64,000 bases of DNA from Felis catus (Eukaryota), in NCBI RefSeq assembly GCF_018350175.1, contig NC_058383.1:7874001-7938000 (forward strand). Direction: 5' to 3'. A program made the position numbers and the translations under genes. A model generated the notes under the pieces. That model saw nothing but the letters and a program-made list of their open reading frames with translations. It was not told where the DNA came from and did not search any database. This document shows, one piece after another, positions 47,681 through 59,675 of the stretch. Numbering within the stretch: the first letter of the stretch is position 1; every line of letters starts with the position of its first letter.

Positions 47681-49509
47681 AACTAGATGTGCTCCGGCAG
47701 ATCTCTGTCCCAGTGCACCTTCCTGTGTCCCCACATGCTTCAGGGGTCTCGGACCTCAGTCTCTATTCTCCTATGCCTGTCCCCACCCGCAGCTGGAACC
47801 ACCCTCCCTCCTGCTCCCTATGGAACTCCTTGCCGCGTCCCTTGCCCCCACCCTTAAATCTCCCCCCTGTGAACCCACTGCTTGACTCACTCCATGCCCC
47901 AGCCCCCAGCCCCAAGTCTCCCCCAGTTTGTCCCTTCCCCTGACTTTATGACTTCAGCCCTAAATTCTTACCCCTATCCCAGTGCCCCCACCCTAAATCC
48001 TCCCTCCTCCCCTGACACCCGGTTTCCAGTTATGTACAGATGTCCCTTGCCCCTCAGGCCCCCCGCTGCTGCTTCCCAGGCCCTGGTCTCCTGTTCTGAG
48101 GCTCCATTCCTTCTCCCTCCCGAGGACACTGGACCCCAGTTTTCCGGGGCCTCAAGAATGAGCAGAAGTGGAGCCCTGAGATGGAGAAGCCCTCTCAGCT
48201 CCTTGGCCTCGTTCCTCTGTCTCCCCTGTCCCCTCCCACCCTTCCTCACCGCTCCCCTCTCCCTAGCCTCGCCCCCATCCCTGCAGTAACCTCAGGGGCC
48301 AGAAGTCCCCAGCCTCCTCTGCAGGAACATCTCATGTGCAGACAGGAAGCCTGCCAGCCTCCAGTTCTCCCGTGTGAACGCAATATGGCATTTCTTGTAA
48401 AAGAAGTTGCTCCGTGTCTTTCTGCTTCTTATCTCATGGCACCTCCACTTGGAGAACAGGGACTTCCAGAGGATACGTGGGAGGGCCTGGGAACACCAGT
48501 TTCTCCCAGCAAGCAAGGAAGGCATCTGCGGGCTGTCCTCAGGGCCATGACTTTCCTCCTAGAGCTCGGGGCCTGTTTTCTTAGAGAGTAGGTGGCTGGG
48601 GGAGCCACCAGTTCAGCAGCAGGTGGGGGCCTGTTGGGTTTATCCTCTGTGCCCTTCCTCCCTTGGCATAGGAAGGTCAGGGCTGGGTCGGGGGGTGGGG
48701 GGTGGGAGGCCCAGGCTACGTCAGCTGCCATTTGCACTGGTGGGTAAATCTGGTCTCCCCAAAGATCTTGGGCCTCCCCAAGCTTGGGTGGCACATACAC
48801 TCACGCCAGAGTCTGTCATGCTTTGGCGTGGGCCCTCCCATTCCCACGACTGTGGGTAGCTGGCCTGGAGCTGAGGGTGCTTGGGGCTGACAGAATGAGG
48901 TTCTTTGGGTAGGGGTTTGGAAAAAGCCCCTGAGTTCTTTGCCCTGGACAGGAGAGGGACTGGCGTGGCTGGGGGTGGAGACCAGGACCATAAAGCCTCA
49001 GGTGTGAATGGGAGCCCCACCCAGGAGAAGGGTTGGTGGTTGCGAGCCTGGGGAGGGGGGAGGCACTGGAAGTTTGGAAGGGGCCAGCTTGAGGTAGATG
49101 ATGGAGAAGGAAGGCTGGAAGAAAGAGGGGCTCCTCAGGGGTGGGGTGCAGGGTCCTTCTCTCAGCCTGGCCTGTGGCTGGCCGGTCCTGGAAGGGCCGT
49201 CACTCCTCCCTCCATAGTTACCCTCTCCCTGCCATTTCTTGGCCCCCGCCCCTTGGTAACCGTCAGACACTCTTCGCGCCTCTGGCCTCCGGTCCCTCCC
49301 TCTCACTCTGCCCCACCCATGACTCTGGCTTCCACTGGAGAGACCCTGGCTGTGGGCGGTCAGCTTTCCTGGAGTTAGACGGGAAGGTTGATAGGCTGCC
49401 CTTTGGCCAACTCCCTGTGGTCACCACACACCATCCACCCAGCCCCATCACCGCGCCCCTACTCTGGGCCAGGCGCTGACCTTCCCCAAGGCAAAGATCT
49501 CCGGGGTCC

Positions 49510-49517
49510 TTTAAATA
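49510..49517 (+). promoter_or_regulatory. MUC12: TATA-like box of the MUC12-like gene
   Basis: TTTAAATA about 80 nt upstream of the signal-peptide ATG, in GC-rich flanks. Confidence 0.6.
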
Positions 49518-49597
49518 GCTGGATCCCTCCCTGGGAGCTCTCATTTCTTGGTCCCTCCTCATGAGGGAAGACCTTGCGTCCAGGGCCCCATCGGGAG

Positions 49598-49661
49598 ATG
49601 CTGGTGATCTGGATCCTGACACTGGGTCTCTGGCTCTGGGCACCTGCCCCAGTGACACGGG
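49598..49661 (+). CDS. MUC12: Mucin-12-like exon 1 (signal peptide)
   Basis: MLVIWILTLGLWLWAPAPVTR+G, phase-1 donor G|GTGAGT; resembles recalled human MUC12 MLVIWILTLALRLCASVTTVTP; fits ACHE-MUC3-MUC12 synteny. Confidence 0.85.
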
Positions 49662-50729
49662 GTGAGTGAGACTGGGGCTGGCACTCCCTGGGGGGCCAAT
49701 GCATGCTGGCCTCAGGCAGGGTTCAGGTGGCTGGCTTCCTCCTTTTCCCTCACTCCCTTTGCAGGGGACGGGGCTGCCAAAGAGCTGGACCTGGGCTGTG
49801 ACCTCATCTTACCTTTGGGGGTGCTAAAGGGGTCACTCTGGAGACGTGTGGGTCCAGAGCAAGGGGCATGGCCTGTGTTGTGCAGTTGATGACCTATGCC
49901 AAGCCCTGACCCGGGGGCTGAAAGGGGGCTGGCCTCCCCCCGTCTCCCCTCTCCAGCCTTCCCCCTGCGGGGAACGGGGACTTTTTCTTCACTTGGATGG
50001 TGGCCTCTGCCTGCCTTCGTCCTGTGGCCTGCATCTGCCCAGGAGGCCGGGTCTTTCCAAAGAGGCACCGAACGGGCTGCCAGCCCTGGGGGAAGGAAGG
50101 ATCCAGCATTTAGCAGCTTCTCCCTTGCGTGGGGAGAGCTCAGGAGACCCTGGAAAACCCCTCTAGTTACAAATGGTTGGAGGGCTGGGGGGGAGACACA
50201 GGCTCTGGGTCCTTGTTGAGCCTGTCATGGCCATTTCTCTGGGAAGCAACTGGTTTCAAGCTAATTTCCCGTGGGGTCCCTCACCAGAGCAGACTTTCTG
50301 AGCCCCCACCCCAGAGACCAGGAAAAACCGGAGGGAAGGGGTGGGCAGGACAGATGCTGGGGTGAGGAGTGTGGGGGGGAGTGAGCCCAAGGCCCCAGGT
50401 AGAAGAGGGGGCTTTTGAGTTGAAGGCCCTGTAGGGTTGTGGGAAGGGGTGGCGAGTGGGCAGGGGGAGATGGGGAAGGGAGTCTTTGGTGCCCTGCAGG
50501 GCAATAGTGAGATAACCCACGCAGGGAGTTCTGAGACGTCCCCCTCACGAACACGGGCCCTTAGGCGCCACCATACCCTCAAGTACCTGCTTCTCCCCTG
50601 CCCGGACACCTTTGAGGCCCAGAAGCGCAGCCCTTGGGAGTTGCCAATGGGCAAGGATGAGAGGCTGCGAGTGTGAACTTTGTGGATTTCAGGACACCAA
50701 GAAAGTACATTAATGATAGCTATAGTAGC

Positions 50730-51205
50730 TTTTAAAAAAAAATGTTTATTTAGTTTTGAGAGACACAGAGAGAAAGATAGAGTGTGAGCAGAGGAGGGGC
50801 AGAGAGGGGGACACAGAATCCGAAGCAGGCCCCAGGCTCGGAGCTGTCAGCACAGAGCCCTGTGCGGGGCTCAAACCCATGAACTGTGAGATCATGACAG
50901 GAGCTGAAGTCAGATGCCTAACTGACTGAGCCACCCAGGTGCCCCTATATTAGCTTTTTTAAAAGAAAGTTTATTTATTTATTTTGAGAGAGAGCATGTG
51001 CATGCGTGTGCACACGCGTGCACACACACGCACACACACACACAAAGAGCAGGGCACAGAGAGAGGGAGAGAGAGAATCCCAAAGCAGGCTCCGTGTTGT
51101 CAGTGTGGAGGCTGATGGCGGGCTTAATCCCATGAGCCATGAGATCAGGACCTGAGCTGAAATCAAGAGTCAGATGCTCAACCGATCGAGCCACCCAGGT
51201 GCCCC
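50730..51205 (-). mobile_element. Two tandem CAN-SINEs (50730-50945, 50955-51205)
   Basis: Diagnostic motifs; the second carries CA/CG repeats. Confidence 0.9.
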
Positions 51206-51949
51206 ATAGAGATATTAGCTTTAAGGCAAAATCCAGAGAACAGGAAGCTATGAGTGGGGTCACCGTCAGGAGGGGTCCTCCCTGTCCCTGCTCCCCAGGC
51301 AGCCCCCAGGTCTCTCTCTGGTCAGGCTGTTGGGGGAGAGGGGTGGTGGTGGTGATGATGACAGTGATGTTTAAGGGTCCAACAATCAGCAGGTGCATTG
51401 CCTCTGTGTACCTTACGGTGAGTTAGAGATAATCAGCACTAGCGGAGACCCCCTGTTCCTAAGGCGCTCAGTGTTGTGTGGAAAGGATAACACCGACTCG
51501 AGTGAGCCCATTGGCATGCAAGAGTCAGAAAGCATCTCTCTCTAAGTGCAGAGAGCTGTCAGGAGTGGAGAGGTCAGGCAAGTAGAGCCATTCCAGAAGA
51601 CTCCAGAAGGTCTGATGATACCCAGAGCGCCCCCCCCCCGCCTCCCACCCACAGAGGGCTGTTCGCAATGTCATTTCACAGCATATAGCACATATGACTC
51701 TCACAAGGAAGATTGTGTAAGGAAGTGGAGGCAGACAGGTGACTGAGGCTCAGAGAGTGATCTATCTGGGGCCGCACAGCAAATAATTAACAAGGTGCCA
51801 CCCATTTGACAGAAGGTTTGTACTGCCCCATCCCTGAACTGGAGGACCTCAGCCCTCTGCACCCCCCACCCCCACCCCCACCCCCCGCTTGTATTCTGGG
51901 AGGGGTTCAGATATCAGGTCAGAGACTCTGGCTGGCACCTATAGTTTTC

Positions 51950-52148
51950 TTTCTTTTTCCTTTTATTTATTTTGGGGAGAGCGCAAGCTGGGGAGGGGCA
52001 GACAGAGGGGGACAGATGATTGGAAGAGGGTTCTGCACCGACAGGCTGACAGCAGCAAGCTTGATGTGAGGCTTGAACTTGCGAATCGCACGATCGTGAC
52101 CTGAGCTGAAGTCAGACGCTCAACCGACTGAGCCACTCAGGGACCCCT
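51950..52148 (-). mobile_element. CAN-SINE
   Basis: Diagnostic motifs; CCTATAGTTTTCTTTCT occurs on both flanks. Confidence 0.88.
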
Positions 52149-53229
52149 ATAGTTTTCTTTCTAATTTGTGCCCTCCTCTGGGTACTCCAGTTCACTGTGA
52201 GGACTGATGAGGTTTTGGACAAGCAAACAGTAGGGAGAAGGAGTGCCAACCTGAGAAGGCAGGAAAAACACCGGGACAGGGCCGTGCAGGGGACATGTGC
52301 GTAGGAATGCCCCAAAAGTAGGGGCGCCTGTGCGGGATGGCGCGTCGGGAAAGCGAGGGAGCGCCCCTGGGCGACCAAGGCATTAAAGCCTGATGGAGGC
52401 TTTTGGACACCAGAGGACCTCTGTGGCCTGAGCAGGGGTGGATTGCCCTGCCAGGGTGGATGCCCTGAGAGCCATTGTGGCGTGGCTCCAGCCGGGAGCC
52501 TCCCTTCGCCGGATGATGGGCTGTGGGGGCCCCGGGAGAGGCTGCCCTAGAGCCTGTGTGAGTGAGAGGGCAGGAGCCTCTTTCTGGTGCTTGACGGAGG
52601 TGACCATGGAGATTCTGGGGGTAGCTGTCCTCCAGACCCGGGGCTCGGGGGCGGATGTGAATAGGGCACAGTCTAGAATTCTCCATTCTCTATGAGCTAC
52701 AGGGCCCACAAAGACCACACAATGCTGTGGATCGACATGAGATTTGGAAGCCCGTGTCCTGTTTCGTGTACACGAAGTTCTAAAGTGTTCACGGGAAGGG
52801 TATGGGGGGGAAGCTCCTCGGGCTGGCTGGGGGACAGGGTAGAAGTGTGTGTCGTGGAGGGGCTGGGGCCGGGGCCTGAGGGGTCAGAGCTCTGTGGCCT
52901 AGAAAGATGAAGGCGGAAGTAGAAACGCCCAAGCGCAAAATCGAGAAGAGTGTGGTGAGGCTGACAACAGATTTGTCCACAATAGACAAAGGGACAACCT
53001 TTGAAACTTGCCTGGAATAAATTTCGAGCAATTAAAAGGAAGTGTTTTACACGGACGGTAATAAACTTACTGAGCAAACACAAGAGGCCTGCTCTGCCTG
53101 GGCAGGTGCTCGGTGCTCGGGATGAGGGAGGATGAATAAGCCAGTTTATAGTCAGGTTTATTAGATGGCACCATGGAAACAGTACAGAAAGGACCGCCAC
53201 CCAAGCCCGGTGGTGCTGGAGCTCAGAGA

Positions 53230-53805
53230 GGGGCTCGCCTCCATGGAGGGATCCTGTCTTGCCTCCTCCGGCTTCTGGTGGCCCCGGCGTTCCTTGGCCG
53301 TGGTGGTGTAACTCTGATCTCTGCTCTCATCTTTGCGCGACCTCCTTCCCTGTGTGTACAATCTTCTTCTCCCTTCTCTCCTAAGGATATGAGTATTTGG
53401 ATTTAGGGTCAGCCTTAAGTTTAGGAGGATCCAATCCTGAGGTGCTTAACTTGATCACATCTGCCAAGACCTTCTTTCTTTTTATTTTTCTTTTTATTAT
53501 TTTTTAAGGTTTATTTATTTTTGAGAGAGAAAGACAGTGCAAGTGGGGGAGGGGCAGAGAGAGAGGGAGCCCCAGATTCCGAAGCAGGCTCCAGGCTCTG
53601 AGCTGTCGGCACAGAGCCCAGTGTGGGGCTTGAACCCACAAACTGTGAGATCATGACCTGAGCCGAAGTCAGATGCTTAACCGGCTGAGCCCCCCAGGGG
53701 CCCCTCCAAAGACCTTCTTTCCAAATTAGGTCACATTCCCAGGGGGCTCTGGGGTTAGGACTGCCACATATCTTTTGGGGGCAGTGGGGGATACAATTCA
53801 ATCTG
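53230..53805 (-). mobile_element. MLT1-type LTR split by a CAN-SINE (53478-53703)
   Basis: GCCTCCTCCGGCTTCTGGTGGCC...GGATTTAGGG...ACATCTGCCAAGACC...GGTCACATTC...GGGGGATACAATTCAA; AGACCTTCTTT duplicated around the SINE. Confidence 0.8.
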
Positions 53806-54539
53806 TTCCACCAAGCTTCCACGGCAACCAGAGCAGCTGTCCTGTCTTCAGGGAGGCTGTGGGCAGGGGGAGGGGAGAGAGCTGGGGCGGCTTGGCCTGG
53901 CCTCAGCCCTACTGCCACTCTGCCAGGTGGGATCGGCCTTAGAGAAAAGGAGACAGGCCCAAGCCACTGAGCTCATGCATGGCAGGGCTGAAAGTGCTCC
54001 CGGGGCTGGGTGACCAAAGCACATCCCAGTGGCTCCACACTCTTTCTCTTGTAGAATCTTCTAGAGGGAGCAGTGTGGTCAGGGCAGGCATCATTCACTT
54101 CCCTTTTCCAGGGGGAAATGGACGTTTGGAGAGGGTAACTGCACGAGCTCCTACAGCTGTGTAGTGGCTGATCCTGGAGGCACTCATGGGCCCCGCTCGC
54201 ACCCTAGGCTTCGGGGCTGCTCCTGTGGGCCCCATTGACTGAGTCCACCTCAGGCACCAATGTATTTTGGAGGTGGCAGGAGGAAACAGTCTCACGTCTT
54301 GGTGGCGGTCTTCAGACTTGCTTTCTAGGGCTGTTCCCCAAGAAGGCCACCAAGTGAAAGACTTGGCCAGCTACCTGGCTGCCTTATTCCACTGCTTAGC
54401 TTTTTAAGAAAATCTAAACACCCGTAATGCAAAGAAGTAAAAACTGTCAACAGGGCAGGAAAGTAGCAAATTTTGCTTGTTTGGTAGGAGAGCTAGTGTC
54501 TTTGATGGTGAGTTAATGCAACTGCAACATGGGCAAATA

Positions 54540-54872
54540 CGGTTGACCCCTGAACGACACAGGGGTTGGGGCGCTGACCGCTGTGTAGTCGAAAATCCCC
54601 ATGTTACTCTCGACTCCCACAAAACGTAGCTACTCACAGCCTTACTGTTGACCAGAAGCCTAACCGATAACATAAACAGCCAATTGACACATATTTTGGG
54701 TGTTCTGTGTATTATATACCGCATTTCTACGATAAAGTGAGCTAGAGAAAAGAAAGTATTATATTACAAAAATCATAAAGAAGAGAAAATACATTTACAG
54801 TGCTGTCCTGGAAAAGATCTGTGGGCAAGTGGACCCACGCAGTTCAAAGCCGTGCTATTCAAGGGTCAGCTG
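54540..54872. mobile_element. Tigger1-type non-autonomous DNA transposon (333 bp)
   Basis: Inverted termini CGGTTGACCCCTGAAC / ATTCAAGGGTCAGCTG, TA on both flanks (54538-54539, 54873-54874). Confidence 0.85.
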
Positions 54873-55187
54873 TAGACCATTTTTGTTAAGCATTTTGATC
54901 ACGAGAGTGTGAGGAATCCCAGCTTGGGAATCATTAACCATGAGTGATTTTCCTGCATTTTCCAAGGTGTTGGATACATCTAACCTTTTATTTTTATGAT
55001 ACCATGAGTGCATATTTGTTGTATAACAGGGAAAATATAGGCAAACAAAAGGAAGAAAATTTTGCTTAACCTTACCACTCAGAGAAACATTGTGAACATT
55101 TTCGTATATTTCTGAGTATGTGTTTAGATTTATTCTATTGGCAGTATGTGTTTTAATGGCCATCAATATTCCGTTCTTTTTTTATAC

Positions 55188-55927
55188 ATATAAATTTTTT
55201 AATGTTTATTTATTTTTGAAAGAGAGAGCCGTCAGCACAGAGCCTGACGCGGGGCTCGAACTCATGAACCGTGAGATCATGACCTGAGCTGAAGTCAGAT
55301 GCTTAACTGACTGAGCCACCCAGGTGCCCCTCAATATTCCATTCTATGGAAGATTATAGTTCTCCAATCAGTCTCTTCTTCCTCTAACCCTGGACACTTT
55401 TAGCCTATTCATCATTATAATAAATAATGATGTAATAAACATTCTTGGAAGAAAAAATTTAAAAATCTGCATCAAGTTACTGTGTTTATTTTTTAAGGAA
55501 GTTATCCTCTTTTTTAAAAAAATTATTTATTTTGAGAGAGAAAGCTTTGGTGGGGAGGGGCAGATAGAGGGGGGGGATATCAAGCAGGCTCTGCACTGTC
55601 AGCACAGAGTCTGATATGGGGATGGGGAGCTCGAACTCATGAACTGTGAGATCATGACCTGAGCCAAAGTCAGATGCTTAACATACTGAGCCACCCAGAC
55701 ATCCCAGGTTACTTTATTTTAGAATCGACGTCTAAAAGTGGGATCACTAAGAATGGTACAAGTCTGCCGATGGTCCCTGGTGCATATTTTCAAATTATTC
55801 TTTGGGGGCACCTGGTTGGCTCAGTCAGTTTAGTGTCCAACTCTTGATTTCAGCTCAGGTCATGATCCCATGGTTGTGGGATTAAGCCCCTGTCAGGCTC
55901 CGTGCTGAGCACGGAGCCTGCTTGGGA

Positions 55928-55989
<62 letters not shown>

Positions 55990-56032
55990 ATTTCTTCTGC
56001 TCCTCCCCACTCTCTAAAATAAAAAAAAAATT
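55188..56032. mobile_element. Three SINEs (55188-55330 -, 55505-55707 -, 55804-56032 +); (TC)24 at 55933-55980
   Basis: Diagnostic motifs; repeat counted directly. Confidence 0.88.
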
Positions 56033-59000
56033 CTCCTTTGGAAATATAATACCAAGTGAAGTCCATGGACACCCAACACCTGCTGTCATTATCATTTAAT
56101 ATCCCAATTAAATGGGGGTGCAATTTGATAGGTAAAAATAAGTAGCATCTTGCTTTGTTTTGAATTTCTTTGCTCACCGGTGAAGTTTATTTACTTTTTT
56201 CTTCTTGTAGGCTGGTTGACCATTTGAAATTCTTTCCTTGGAGAATGGCTGTGCTTCTCCTTTGTCCAGCTTCCTAGGGGAGCATCCCTGACCCTGGAGG
56301 TTGCCTTTGGGAAGGACAACTTCACCTGCTCTGCCGCATCCTTTGGGGGCACCATTGCCACCAGAATCCTGGGCTGGGAGGGATCTGATGCTCTTCAGCC
56401 AGGGCACTGTTTCCTTGTCCCTCCCAGGAGTGAGTGAAAGCCTTGAGCACTGAAGGAGTTGCCCGCCAGGAGGTGGGAGGTGCAGCAGAGCCTATACCTT
56501 GGGGGTCCCTCTTAGTGAACAGGAAGAGGAGGAGCGAGAAGGATAATAAGGGTGTGGTGATGTCTTGGAACCTGAAGGGTATGAGAGATTCCAGAAGGTG
56601 GGAGGGCAGCTAGGTGAGATGGACAGGGATTCAGGCACTCAGAGCTCATCAGTGTGCCCTGAGAGGCAGCTGTAGTAGAGATGTGGATATTTTAAGGACA
56701 GATTGAATGGCAACTAAATAGAGTAAACGGTATGAATCCAGGAATAAAAATGAAAGACAGCAGGATGTCCGAAGTCCATTTCGATGAGTGTCCTGGCCTT
56801 AGTTGGGGTCCCTGGTGGCCCTCCATGTCCCTGCCATGGCCTCACCAATCTCTGTGCCTCTACCCTTGTTGCCCCTTCACTCCAGGGCTCTCTTCTTCTA
56901 AGGTACAGTTGGGACCATGGCCTTTTCGCTGGGCATTCTTCACTCACTGTTGCTCCGCCAAGTCCAGAGCTGGCCTCACCCCTGCTTTACTAGCCTTTGC
57001 TCCGCCCCACTTCTCTCTCTTGGATGCTATCCTGCCAGCTGGGTGAGCTTGGAGAGAATTTAACCTTTGGAACTCTAGTTAATATTTGAGATCGAAATAG
57101 TAATGCCTGCCTCACAGAATAGTATTATGTAACATTAAAACATTAGGAAGAAGGGTCCAGTGGACTTTCCAGTAATCATTTACTCATTTACTTCAGAAAT
57201 GCTCATTGAACACCCACTGTGGGTCAGGCTGAACAGGACAGAAGTGCTCTCTGTGACTGGGGAGATTCTGCTCTGGGGAGGGGTGAGGGTCAGTGGATTG
57301 TGCAGGCAGTTCCCTACACAACCACTGAGTTCCAGTTGTGATAAGGCTAGTATGGGACTCTGATAGGCGGCCAATATATGCCAGCCCTCCCCACCTCTAT
57401 TCATTCTTTGTGATTCAGTTAGAGACACCACCATAAACTGCCTTTATGTGTCTTTTCATTGTTTGACTTGTCACAACAAACACAGTCTACTTTTATAACT
57501 TAAAGAGTCCAATAAAATTTATAATGCCTAAATCCATGAAACTCTTTTAAAGAATGGGAAAATAGCAGCCCAGATATTACTTTCTTTTTGAAGTCTTTCT
57601 TGATAAGAAAGGCATAGGGACTGTTCCCTCCCTCCTCACACCCCCCGCCATGGTCGCTCCCACCTCCCTTACATGTGGACCTCCACTACCCCCACATTGC
57701 CCTGGGGGGCCAGGAGCCCCAGCGAGGACTGGTTTGGGGGGGGGCTGAGTGGCTGGCTATCCCCAGCGTCCAGCATGGTTCTGGCAGTCACAAGGAACTT
57801 CTCTTTGGATGAGAGCCTGGACAAGGGTGGGGCAGAGCTGAGAAGCGGCTTTCCCAGGGGCACACAAGGTAGAGAGATTGAGGACTGCAGTAGCCTCTAG
57901 GTCAGATACAAAGAGGGCTTCAGAGGGGCAAGTGGATGAGGTGCCCTCAGAGGCAGGAGGACAGAGTGGCCAAGGCTCAAGGGAAGCGTGAGAGGAAAGA
58001 GAAAGTGGCTCTGAGGTCCTATAGCCATGCCTGGGTTTACTCTGAGCCTTGCCACACTCTGCTGTGTGTTGACCAGAGCCCCTGTGTGCTGCCTCTCTCT
58101 CTGATCCTCCTTATACCCATGACTCAAGGATGCCCCCCCACCTTGGCAGCCTCCCCAGCTCAGGCCCTCTGCTCCCATCATGCTGAATTAGGCAAAGTCT
58201 AACTTGGAGGCAAGAGGATTGGGCAAAACAAACATATCTATTGTCTTAAAAATAGCCAAGCAATCTTTTCAATCTTTCTCATTAATGTCAAATTCTAAAA
58301 GTCTTAGCCATTATTACACCTTTGACCTGAACTCATCCACCAGTGATTTGGTAGTGCTCTTCCCGAGATGATGGTCTGCAAAACCAAGGATCCAGAACTG
58401 TTGATGTGAATGACCCAACCTAATTGTCCACTCCCCACTTACCCTGGATTCCAGTCCTTGTTCAGTTCCTGGCCCCTCCCTATAACAGGGAGTGAAAATG
58501 TGGTATCTGGAATGGCAGAGGGTGGCCCTGCCCTGAAGGTTTCCATGGTCATTTCTGCCAGTGGCAAAGGTCCATCCTCACGAGAGGTGAGAAAGGCACA
58601 GTTCCAGGGCATCTTTGGGGAGGGAGGAGGAACAGACAGGAGGGACAAGAGGCTGCTTCCCCTGCCCTTTTGAGGAAGTCCCCTTATACCATCTTGTAGA
58701 ATTCCTAAGACTCCCTAGCTTTATGGCACTATTGTCACAAAGATTCCTTCCATATTTGATCCTACTCATTTCATAGGCAGGACAAAGAGGAGACAGGATT
58801 ATAGTCCCCCTTTATGTAGGAGAATAGAGTCTTACACGTGTAATCACATGTTCTAAGTGGCGAAGAGATGTCAGAATGAGACCTCCAGTCCCAGGAGGCA
58901 TTCCCAGCACTCTTACTATTAGACAACTATAGTTTATTGCATGGGCTGTGGGGCCAGGGAGGAGGAATAGCTCACCTGGGCTACAGGGTGGCCAGGTAAA

Positions 59001-59675
59001 AGTGATAGAGTGGCTAGCCCTTGAGTAAGTGTGTCTGGAGAGAAAGGACAGGCAGTGGGTGAATTATCCACGACAATGTGCTTTAGCTCTCCTATTCTTC
59101 TTGGGTCTGTGAGAATTGTTAGGATAGAGTAGGGGGAGTCTCACATGTAAGAGATGGGGAAGAGATGTCAGACTAAGTATCAGCCAGATGACTTAAGGTG
59201 ACTATGTGGTTTGCAAATCACAGAATGCGAGGAGCAAAAGAATGTGCATGGGGCATTTGTGTGCGTACAACTGTCCTTTCAAATTGATGCCAGAGTGCCC
59301 AACTAAATAAACATGTCCCAGAGTGCTTAGGGGAGAATATGTAGGCAATTTTGGGCAGAATATACATATTTTTGGAGGGCAAACAGATTTGTCAAATCCA
59401 CACCCATACAACTACTAATGCAAGTCATAAATCACAATCAACATCCAGATCCTTATCTAGTGATACCTTTCCCTCTAGACAAACTAGTATATTCCAGAAA
59501 AGACAAAAGTTCTAGATCACCTTTGGTAAGGTGTCCAAATATATAGGTTCCCTGATACTTCTTATAAGTTGTCCTTCAGTATCATAGGTTGACCAGCTAT
59601 CTGGAACAGATTGTCACTAAGATCGATTAGTGACAATTGTGAACAGATTGTCACACTCCTGCTGCCTCAGCATAG

